DNA from: Candidatus Thorarchaeota archaeon
Lineage (GTDB): Archaea > Asgardarchaeota > Thorarchaeia > Thorarchaeales > Thorarchaeaceae
Direction of reading: 5' to 3'
Assembly (NCBI GenBank): GCA_048882045.1
Contig: JBHLRZ010000010.1
Span: forward strand, 78,039 to 91,218
Length of the DNA: 13,180 nt
Shown piece by piece: positions 1 to 7,165 of this stretch. The stretch's first letter is position 1, and every line of letters starts with the position of its first letter. The position numbers and the translations under genes were made by a program. The notes beneath the pieces are model-generated. The model saw only the letters and a list, made by a program, of their open reading frames with translations, was not told the origin of the DNA and did not search any database.

Positions 1-209
1 AATCAGATGAGGAAACTGCATCGAAAATCAGTCATTTATGCAGTGTCAAAGAATTCATTGGCCATTTGTTTAGTCATTTTATGAATTATATGTATCAAAT
101 TATATCTAAAACAAATAATGATAAGGAGAATAATTGTGGAACCTCTAAATGACTACTAGACAGAATCCTGATTGATTTCTGGGAGGGATTTCCTTCTTAT
201 ACAACCTCA

Positions 210-620
210 ATGAGGAATAGGATTGGAAGGAGGCTATATTTCGTGAAAGAAAAAAGAGATGAAAATCCATTTACGATTCTTGACTATTTGAAGATTGGAA
301 CCTGGCCAACTCCGGAACGTCCAAACATCATAATGGTTGGATCGTGGCCAATTCCTGATAGAGAGTTTTACTTCTTGATGGAACTGATTGAATTCTTTTC
401 AAAGGAAAAGGATTTCCCGCCAGAAGTGAAGAAAGCCATAGCACCATTGATTGACTTTCGAAAATGGATCTGCAAGAATCTGAAAGAGAAGATTAGAGCA
501 GATATTGGTGCAATGTGTAAGTATCTTGAAGAAGGAGATCTCTGTACAGAACCAAATCTGGTTGGACCTCTTAGTCGTATCAGCGAGTATTATGCATTCT
601 ATAAGAAATACTGTTGTTAA
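210..620 (+). CDS. Hypothetical protein (136 aa). It may be the C-terminal part of a longer ORF (<3..620) interrupted by an in-frame TGA at 150-152.
   Basis: ORF track. Protein-like composition, and it converges on the C25 gene. The same frame is open from 3 to 149 and from 153 to 209. No family recognised. Confidence 0.55.
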   Translation: MRNRIGRRLYFVKEKRDENPFTILDYLKIGTWPTPERPNIIMVGSWPIPDREFYFLMELIEFFSKEKDFPPEVKKAIAPLIDFRKWICKNLKEKIRADIGAMCKYLEEGDLCTEPNLVGPLSRISEYYAFYKKYCC

Positions 621-765
621 CATTCACTCCGATTCAACCTATATCTGGAGATTGCGATTAGACATCGGAAAGCGATCGTAAAGTTGACACACCGCATCTA
701 CCTGACTGTCATTGAGTTGTCTTGATTCTTCAACTTCTCAATTTCCTTCATGTATAATGCATTAT

Positions 766-806
766 AAAAAACACCGGGCCAACTAGAGAAAGAAAGCCCG
801 GCGTTT
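766..806 (-). terminator. Hairpin plus U-tract terminator candidate for the C25 peptidase gene
   Basis: Minus strand reads AAACGCCGGGC-N16-GCCCGGTGTTT followed by TTTAT. The 11-bp stem has one mismatch that is a G-U wobble only on the minus strand. It starts 11 nt after the stop codon at 818. Confidence 0.65.
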
Positions 807-817
807 GATTTGTCGAT

Positions 818-2944
818 CTAATCTTTCACTACAACCATCCTGAAACGACATCCTGGAGCCCAGAAGCAGACCAAGACTTTCCTTCTGGCAGGTGGAAGTG
901 GAAATGTGGGGAATCCTGCCAGCTGCACTTTGAAATGAGTAGATGATGGCTTAATCCTCTTGATTTCCTTACCCTGATACCAAACTGTGATGATGGCGTC
1001 ATTGGGACAGATTGATAGCTTAACTGAAAGATAGTTGCCCATAATACTTGCAGCTACATTCACAACTGATGGCTCTGATTTCCAGAGTTCAAGAGTTGGA
1101 TCACCAATGACATGATATATCTCAAAGTGGTCTTTAATCTCAGCATCACTACCACTAGTCGTGACTGGTAGGTATGTCTTGCCATAATTCAAGATATCTC
1201 CAAGACGGTTGAATCTCACAGAATAACTAGCTGTTGATGCAGGGAATGTTGGCAACACACCACCCCACATAGCATCAAACATCGCCTTCATCAGGTCGTT
1301 ATTCAACCATGTGTGTGACAACCTAGTTGCTGCAACTAATGAAGGAGCACCTCCATTATATCGTAGAAGCTTCTCTGCAAATGATTCAGTTGGAGCTGCA
1401 AGATCATATTTTCCTGTCAGACAATTGATACTATAGAAGATTGATGGATACTCACTCGTGATGGCATCAATATCATCATTCTTGAATGATGGATGAGACC
1501 AACCATCATCATCGCCATGATCTCTATGTCCGATAATTAGTTGTCCTTCGGCAGTCGCTGAGATTATTGTACTGGTGGCTGTGGGCTCATCCAGTATGCT
1601 GTTAATCACCTCATTTGGTATGATTGTACCATCATTATACCGCTGAAGATTCGGATTATTGGATACGTAGACTCTTTCCACATCAAAACCGAGAGATACC
1701 ATATTCTCTCGAATGTCTTCCATGGTTTTCAAGTACCCCTTGTTATCTGTACCATCCATTGGATACCCATCTTCGAAGTAGGCTGCAAATGACATCCTAC
1801 GATAATACTCTGAATCACAGGGGGGATTCCGCTCATACCTTATTATCTGGTCAACAACACCGAGAGCCTGTTTGCCATCTCGAACTGGTATTCGTCCGAT
1901 TGAAAGCCACGGAATGACAAAGTCATTCCCATCTGCAGGATCTTTACTTGTTGAATAGTAAAAATCAGTGACATTACTACCAAAAACCCCACCCGGAATT
2001 GTTTCAGGTGTGATCATATCCGTATCACCCATTAACAAGACATAACGAAGTCTGGAAAACAGGTTCTTTCTCATATTGCGGATGTATTTCTTGATTTCAG
2101 CAACAGAATTTCCAACATCATTGATCGAAACCATCGTAGTGCGAAGTCCACGATATCTCTTCCAACTCGTTAGTTTCTGTGCAGCTTTCTTCATATCCTC
2201 ATGATAGATTATGAGAAACTCCGGACCCCGTAAGATTGCGGGTAGGACAAGAGGACCAGGTCGTAATTCAACCCTTTCCTCAACTCTCCTTCGAGGGTTC
2301 ACGAAAGGGTTTCCAAAAGCCTCTCGATTTTCCTCAGGATCAATCATTGGATATGCTTCATCTTTCTTCTTCTTTTCAGTCAGCTTGATAGTTACAGTGA
2401 CATTTCCATAGCCCTTCAGTTTCTTCTTACTCGGCGAGTACTGAAGGGGTCGAACATGTAAGAGAAGAGCATTGTATCCATCAATTTCAAATGGACCCTT
2501 CACCTCAACGAGAGATTCGGGATAGAAGTCCTCTGATGAATAAAACTCCTCATCATATTCGAATTCATGTTTCTGCTCACCATCAAGTAGTTTCTCTTGT
2601 GCAGGGAGAACCATTACATCTTCATACATCACTTCTTTGCCTGTCTTGACTTCGTAACTGAAGTCACAATTGAAAGGGATCTGCACATATCGACCAAATG
2701 ATGGAAGAAGTGAACGACCACTTTCAGCAAGGAAGCCTGTTTTTGCTATGTTAATCTTTTTGAAGTCTATCTTCTCTCCTGCTACTTCTCTGGTTTCTTC
2801 AAAAAAGTAGAACCCAGGGAAAGAATACGATATCACGATTTTAGACTTCGATTCCTCGACAGTGACCACAGGTTCTTCACTATGGATTTTAGAATCGAAA
2901 TCATCCATGAGATCGGTCGGTTTTAGCGATTTGAACTCTCTCAT
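818..2944 (-). CDS. C25 family cysteine peptidase (gingipain-like, clan CD) with N-terminal C25 propeptide and a short C-terminal beta domain; no signal peptide
   Basis: Propeptide-like region (GRSLLPSFGRYVQIP, FYPESLVEV, LHVRPLQYSP). C25 motifs RYVLLMGD, TDFYYS, SIGRIPV, catalytic GHRDHG (His476) and FYSINCLTG (Cys508), plus SFAEKLLR, RLGD and YHVIGDP. AGGAG Shine-Dalgarno at 2954-2958. Confidence 0.93.
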   Translation of the reverse strand: MREFKSLKPTDLMDDFDSKIHSEEPVVTVEESKSKIVISYSFPGFYFFEETREVAGEKIDFKKINIAKTGFLAESGRSLLPSFGRYVQIPFNCDFSYEVKTGKEVMYEDVMVLPAQEKLLDGEQKHEFEYDEEFYSSEDFYPESLVEVKGPFEIDGYNALLLHVRPLQYSPSKKKLKGYGNVTVTIKLTEKKKKDEAYPMIDPEENREAFGNPFVNPRRRVEERVELRPGPLVLPAILRGPEFLIIYHEDMKKAAQKLTSWKRYRGLRTTMVSINDVGNSVAEIKKYIRNMRKNLFSRLRYVLLMGDTDMITPETIPGGVFGSNVTDFYYSTSKDPADGNDFVIPWLSIGRIPVRDGKQALGVVDQIIRYERNPPCDSEYYRRMSFAAYFEDGYPMDGTDNKGYLKTMEDIRENMVSLGFDVERVYVSNNPNLQRYNDGTIIPNEVINSILDEPTATSTIISATAEGQLIIGHRDHGDDDGWSHPSFKNDDIDAITSEYPSIFYSINCLTGKYDLAAPTESFAEKLLRYNGGAPSLVAATRLSHTWLNNDLMKAMFDAMWGGVLPTFPASTASYSVRFNRLGDILNYGKTYLPVTTSGSDAEIKDHFEIYHVIGDPTLELWKSEPSVVNVAASIMGNYLSVKLSICPNDAIITVWYQGKEIKRIKPSSTHFKVQLAGFPTFPLPPARRKVLVCFWAPGCRFRMVVVKD

Positions 2945-2960
2945 ATGCTAATACTCCTAC

Positions 2961-3163
2961 AACTGGTGGAACAGAGTTCTGCACACCAGTTTCTACTTCA
3001 GATCAAGTGAAACTCAAGGGGGAGCCATTTGGCATATCAGCTGTTTCAGTGGGTAATATCCACGAAGTATTGTGGAGGATGCATCTTCTAGCACCCTCCT
3101 TCATCGGTCCCTATTCGTTCTTGCTGCAGTCAAAGGAAATCCTATGAGATTCACTCATGCTGC
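2961..3163 (-). other. Candidate structured 5' leader of the C25 gene (several stem-loops)
   Basis: Inverted repeats AACTGGTG/CACCAGTT (2961-2991), TGAAAC/GTTTCA (3008-3048), GGAGGATGC/GCACCCTCC (3074-3099, G-U on minus), and ATGAG/CTCAT (3144-3158) enclosed by GCAG/CTGC (3126-3163). Confidence 0.35.
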
Positions 3164-3178
3164 GTAATATGAAATATG

Positions 3179-3203
3179 TAACTAATAATTTAAATCCTTT
3201 GTT
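3179..3203 (-). promoter_or_regulatory. Putative archaeal BRE/TATA promoter for the C25 gene
   Basis: Minus strand AACAAAGGA-TTTAAATTATTAGTTA: a purine-rich BRE-like run followed by TTTAAA, in an AT-rich intergenic region. Confidence 0.45.
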
Positions 3204-3294
3204 ATTATTTGTAATATGTATCGAAACATTAGAGTAATTTCTAAAATACCCTCATTAGTGAATTTCGTGATTAAGCTCAATTGGAAACATGAAT

Positions 3295-4953
3295 TCAATC
3301 CTTGGCTGAGAATTGCATTCGTTCATGATACTCTAACTTTTCATCATCAAAGTAGTCATTTGTCCATTTACTACTCTTGTGAAGCTTGAGACGACCATGA
3401 GTGGTCACCAACAACCTTCGTTTCCTGTTCCATCTAAATCGATAGTGATCGTAGAGACGCATCATCTCGCACAGATAAATATCTGCTACATTTGTGTCGC
3501 CACGTATAATGATCATATTCTCATCATTGTCTTCAGAGCTGGCATTTGAGAAGTTGTTTGAGCCTGTGATGATCCAAGGATCTCTCGTATTGAAGTCACA
3601 AAGGATAGTTTTCAGATGGATGTATATATTGCCTTTCTGTTTTGCAAAGGACTCTTTCACAAATGATTCGAATCCCTCCTCAAGATATGCAGGTGTAACA
3701 AAGGTACCCCGTCTGTGGACTCCTGTGATATCACTTTCCTTATCTTGGAGTCCATATCGAATCACTTTATCATTCCCAGAAGGTGTTAGCGCTTCCAGTA
3801 TGGTTGGATGAAGATCGTATGCAGTGCATGAGATGACATTCTTCTTTGCTTGTTTGATGATCCTAATCACTTCGGACCGGTCTCCTGCAGTTTTACGAGG
3901 ACTGAAAACAACTTGATACTCTGGAGGATTATTCAATTGAACAATTGCGTCAGTATCTTCGATATGGTTTCTTACTTTTCCCACCTCTGTCCGATAGACA
4001 CCCCACATATCGTTGAAGTAATTGTGGTATTCACGGGCTAGGGTTTTGTCATTGATGACATGTACAACGTTAGCTTGACGATAAACTCCGTTGTGAGTAA
4101 AATTGGTGCTACCTGTCAACACGGCAACAGGTTGGTTCTTTGGCGGATCTCCCTCTTTCTTACTTAGGACAATGATCTTTTGATGAAAGAGATTGTAAGT
4201 AATACGAGGTTGCTTGATGGTGTCATCAAAGTCCTTCAAACAGAGTTCGTTCTTTTGGGTCTGAGTATTCCTATTCTTAGTGGCATGGTACAGAATTCTC
4301 AAGTCAACTCCACGATCTCTAGCTTTTTTGAGTTCGTCAGCTACCCAATCAAGCTCTATTTGGAAAGCTGCGAAGTCCAAGGCCCACTTGTCATCTTTCG
4401 CTCTGTTGATAAACTCCTTCATTTTCATATCCACACCACGAGCAAGCCAAATCATCGCTACTTTCTTGAAGGTCGGGTGAAGATAGGGATCTTGTGGGTT
4501 GATTCCAGCAAATCTTCTCTGGTATGCCTGACTTGCAGCAACAGCGCGGTTAAAGACAACCTGATGATGTGGACCGTTCATGGACTCTGTATGTATCTTC
4601 ACCGATGGACCAGGTGTAACTGTAGGATTCTTGTAGTCACCTGAAACTCTATGCAGTTCATAGATGTAATCACTATCAGGGTACACACAATAATCAGACC
4701 ACCTGAACTTCTGGATAGGAGCCTCGTTTGTATTGATGGGTGTGAGTTTCTTACCCTTCGTTCCTGGAAACCTTAGAAGCCCTTGTAGCCATTTCTCCAC
4801 TGCTTGTCCATTTCTTTTGTAACTAGTTCGTTTTATTGCAAAACCAAGAAAATCCTCTCTGATACTATCATCAATATTCATAGCGAGAAGGACTCCTGTC
4901 GTTCCCGCATAGACCTTCAGTGTGAGTTTATTCGCTTCTGTACGGTCCCTCAT
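3295..4953 (-). CDS. Phospholipase D superfamily protein (two HxK motifs; nuclease or phospholipase) with an N-terminal beta-rich domain
   Basis: Motif 1 is HQKIIVLS...GSTNFT (His257, Asp of HKD absent). Motif 2 is HLKTILCD...GSNNFS...NDEN (His446, canonical). AAGGAG SD at 4963-4968. Confidence 0.92.
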   Translation of the reverse strand: MRDRTEANKLTLKVYAGTTGVLLAMNIDDSIREDFLGFAIKRTSYKRNGQAVEKWLQGLLRFPGTKGKKLTPINTNEAPIQKFRWSDYCVYPDSDYIYELHRVSGDYKNPTVTPGPSVKIHTESMNGPHHQVVFNRAVAASQAYQRRFAGINPQDPYLHPTFKKVAMIWLARGVDMKMKEFINRAKDDKWALDFAAFQIELDWVADELKKARDRGVDLRILYHATKNRNTQTQKNELCLKDFDDTIKQPRITYNLFHQKIIVLSKKEGDPPKNQPVAVLTGSTNFTHNGVYRQANVVHVINDKTLAREYHNYFNDMWGVYRTEVGKVRNHIEDTDAIVQLNNPPEYQVVFSPRKTAGDRSEVIRIIKQAKKNVISCTAYDLHPTILEALTPSGNDKVIRYGLQDKESDITGVHRRGTFVTPAYLEEGFESFVKESFAKQKGNIYIHLKTILCDFNTRDPWIITGSNNFSNASSEDNDENMIIIRGDTNVADIYLCEMMRLYDHYRFRWNRKRRLLVTTHGRLKLHKSSKWTNDYFDDEKLEYHERMQFSAKD

Positions 4954-4973
4954 TTACACAGACTCCTTCAGTT

Positions 4974-6281
4974 TCAAGTATCACGAAAATCTGAGAGATA
5001 CTTCGAATCGAAGATGAATGGGTCTTGCATCTTATCACGAATCTCTAACTGAGCCTTCTTTTCATCCAAATTCCAGAGATGAACAAGCTTGTCATGAGAG
5101 AGATGATACAAGTCAATTCCCTCTTTGGTAAGCGCATCCCATCCGCCTTTCCCGTCATCTGTAACCAACGGGTAGTAGTTTCGATATACACCGAATACTA
5201 CAAGGAGAAACACAAACACCAGAAACAAGTATCCCGATGTTGGATAATTCGCCTGATAGGAAATTGGGTCTAAGTAGAGTAATGTAATTCCAAGACAAGA
5301 GATGGCGAATACTATAACACCAACAAAAAAGAAAGCTGTACCACCTCTTGGAGTCTCAGCATAGGTTTCACAACTCGCCAAGGAATGCCAACGATTGTCG
5401 ATCTTGAGTTGAATTCTCTCTAGTGGTTTAATCTCAGGAATCTCCATGAAATCCCGCATATATTCAGGGTCTCTGAAATGAGTCTCATAGTGATACTCAT
5501 CCCAACAGGCACCGTAGACCTGCCATGCATTTGGATCGTCTAGTTCTGCGCTCTCATTTGATGTTGGCGAAAGCCACACAAAGACAGGCACATAATCCAT
5601 GTAATGAGTCCAAGGAACCAAACCACCAAGTTCCGCCAGCCAAACAAGCAGACCAACAAGGCTAGTCCCGATGTAAAGGAGTGATGCTAGCCAGATGTCA
5701 ATCGTAGGAACAAATGCGACAATTCCAAGCCAAATGTAAACAGCCTCAACACGAACTAATGGCGTACTTGCTTGATTTCTTTTTCGTCGAATGTTTTCAT
5801 AGTAATATGATCTCAATCCCTTCTCAAGAAGTAGTGCACTCACCAGTGCACAAGTTATGAGAAGATGTAATTCTTCGAAGACCATATTGTCCAGAATTCG
5901 TACCCAAATCAGTAGGAAGAACGGTGCAGCGATCATTGAGAGGAAGCTCACCGCACCATATTGTCTGCCATACAGGAATAAATATTGAAGACACACTAAC
6001 CGCTTGGGTACTGGAGGACCATCTCCAGTCGGAGACACAGTCTCACTCTTCTTATTATACTCAAGTGCACGACCCTGAGGTCCATGCCATACTCTTGAAT
6101 TCCGTTCTATCCAGAGCTCTCGTCCAACAAGACTGATTCTTGGAGCAAAGTGACGTATGAGCTTACTTGCTGCAACAGTCACATCTCTTGCCTCACTGGA
6201 TAATGGAATATCAATGTCCTTAGAGCTTGCCTTACTATTGGCAACCTTCATTCTACTCGGCCAATCCACTATATATCCCAC
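4974..6281 (-). CDS. Integral membrane protein (~6 TM) with Vps62/NPP1-like soluble motifs
   Basis: 435-aa ORF with a GTG start (alternative ATG at 6251). About six hydrophobic segments. Polar motifs HFAPRI, LQYLFLY, HYMDYVPVFVWL, WDEYHY and NRWHS. It ends 20 nt before the PLD start. Confidence 0.8.
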   Translation of the reverse strand: MGYIVDWPSRMKVANSKASSKDIDIPLSSEARDVTVAASKLIRHFAPRISLVGRELWIERNSRVWHGPQGRALEYNKKSETVSPTGDGPPVPKRLVCLQYLFLYGRQYGAVSFLSMIAAPFFLLIWVRILDNMVFEELHLLITCALVSALLLEKGLRSYYYENIRRKRNQASTPLVRVEAVYIWLGIVAFVPTIDIWLASLLYIGTSLVGLLVWLAELGGLVPWTHYMDYVPVFVWLSPTSNESAELDDPNAWQVYGACWDEYHYETHFRDPEYMRDFMEIPEIKPLERIQLKIDNRWHSLASCETYAETPRGGTAFFFVGVIVFAISCLGITLLYLDPISYQANYPTSGYLFLVFVFLLVVFGVYRNYYPLVTDDGKGGWDALTKEGIDLYHLSHDKLVHLWNLDEKKAQLEIRDKMQDPFIFDSKYLSDFRDT

Positions 6282-6305
6282 CGTCTTACACGAATCCCAG
6301 TCATT

Positions 6306-6343
6306 AAAAATATAATAACTAACTAATAAATTAGCTAGTTATT
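6306..6343 (-). promoter_or_regulatory. 14-bp-arm inverted repeat overlapping a TATA-like box; operator/promoter of the membrane protein-PLD unit and/or terminator of the CHAT operon
   Basis: AATAACTAACTAAT-AA-ATTAGCTAGTTATT (6314-6343, 13/14 matched; the mismatch is G-U on minus), followed on minus by ATATTTTT. Confidence 0.5.
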
Positions 6344-6415
6344 CTTTACATCATCACGCACATGTTATAGATTCGGAAGGACTTGGAATCAGTATGCTTT
6401 CAGGAAGAGTTGATA

Positions 6416-7153
6416 TCATTCAGGAGGAAATATGTAGGATGCTTTCAAAGCAGATTCTTCATTCCTTACGAATGCCCATGTTAGCCAGCGATCAATTTTC
6501 GATTTGATATCAATTTCAGCTGTAACAGTGAATTGAGCTGTGGACCTAGTATCCTTCTTCATTACTACTAGAACTTCTAAATCGGAAGAGGTCAAGGGAA
6601 TTTCTCTACTGTCGGATATGCGAAATCGCCAACCTGCACGTTGTGTTCTGAGTCCGAAACTTTCCATTTCCACCATCATTTGTTCTACTTGATCTTTCTT
6701 TACTACATCACCTTTAAGATCAGCCTTTAGTATTTTAAAGAATGGATCGGACAGTTCCACACCCCTCTCCTTTTTTTCGACCACAACCACTTTTTTTGTG
6801 GTCTTTTTAGATGGATTCAATCTTAGGAAAAGAGGCAATGGCGACCCAGAAGCTGATTCCCGTACATCGATTATAAAATCAGCTGTTTTGAATTTGCATC
6901 CTAAATCAGGTAGCAGTGTTAGCGACAGATTCAATCGACAAAATAGGTGTTTATCAATAGAGAACTCATCTAGATGTTTTTTTAGGATTAGATTAGTTCG
7001 AGAGGGTGTTTTCTCAATAATGATTCTAGGATATCCAATCTCAATTCGATTTTTCTTTCCAAGTATTGTTTCCATTTCGATTTGTTCTTTGGATTCCAAG
7101 CCAATTGGAACCATTTCCATAGAGAGAAATGATGGATGATTGTTTCCTTTCAC
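6416..7153 (-). CDS. Hypothetical beta-rich protein (245 aa), CHAT-protease-associated; candidate substrate/effector
   Basis: GTG start with a strong SD AGGAGGT (7161-7167) overlapping the CHAT stop codon. Many alternating-hydrophobic beta-strand patterns (LNLSLTLLP, ADFIIDV, AGWRFRI, LEVLVVM, AQFTVTAEIDI). No TM helix or signal peptide. Confidence 0.8.
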   Translation of the reverse strand: MKGNNHPSFLSMEMVPIGLESKEQIEMETILGKKNRIEIGYPRIIIEKTPSRTNLILKKHLDEFSIDKHLFCRLNLSLTLLPDLGCKFKTADFIIDVRESASGSPLPLFLRLNPSKKTTKKVVVVEKKERGVELSDPFFKILKADLKGDVVKKDQVEQMMVEMESFGLRTQRAGWRFRISDSREIPLTSSDLEVLVVMKKDTRSTAQFTVTAEIDIKSKIDRWLTWAFVRNEESALKASYIFPPE

Positions 7154-7165
7154 GAAATCTACCTC

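Noticed and set aside
399-623. 74-aa minus-strand ORF
   Set aside because: Antisense to the longer, more protein-like + ORF and has no recognisable motif.
621-760. Possible SECIS element downstream of the TGA-containing frame
   Set aside because: Only an imperfect hairpin (711-742), with no AUGA/GA core recognisable.
1624-2411. + strand ORFs 1624..1917 and 2211..2411
   Set aside because: Antisense shadows inside the well-supported C25 gene.
3494-6136. + strand ORFs within the PLD and membrane-protein genes
   Set aside because: Antisense shadows with atypical composition and no motifs.
6769-6799. Two A7 runs on the coding strand of ORF245, including an A-AAA-AAG slippery heptamer
   Set aside because: Explained by Lys codons in an AT-rich gene. 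The -1 frame after A-AAA-AAG stops within about a dozen codons, and no stimulatory structure was seen.
6416-7153. Calling ORF245 a bacterial-type gasdermin or Csx30
   Set aside because: Size and CHAT linkage are suggestive, but no gasdermin N-terminal motif is visible and no Cas7-11 or CRISPR array is present.
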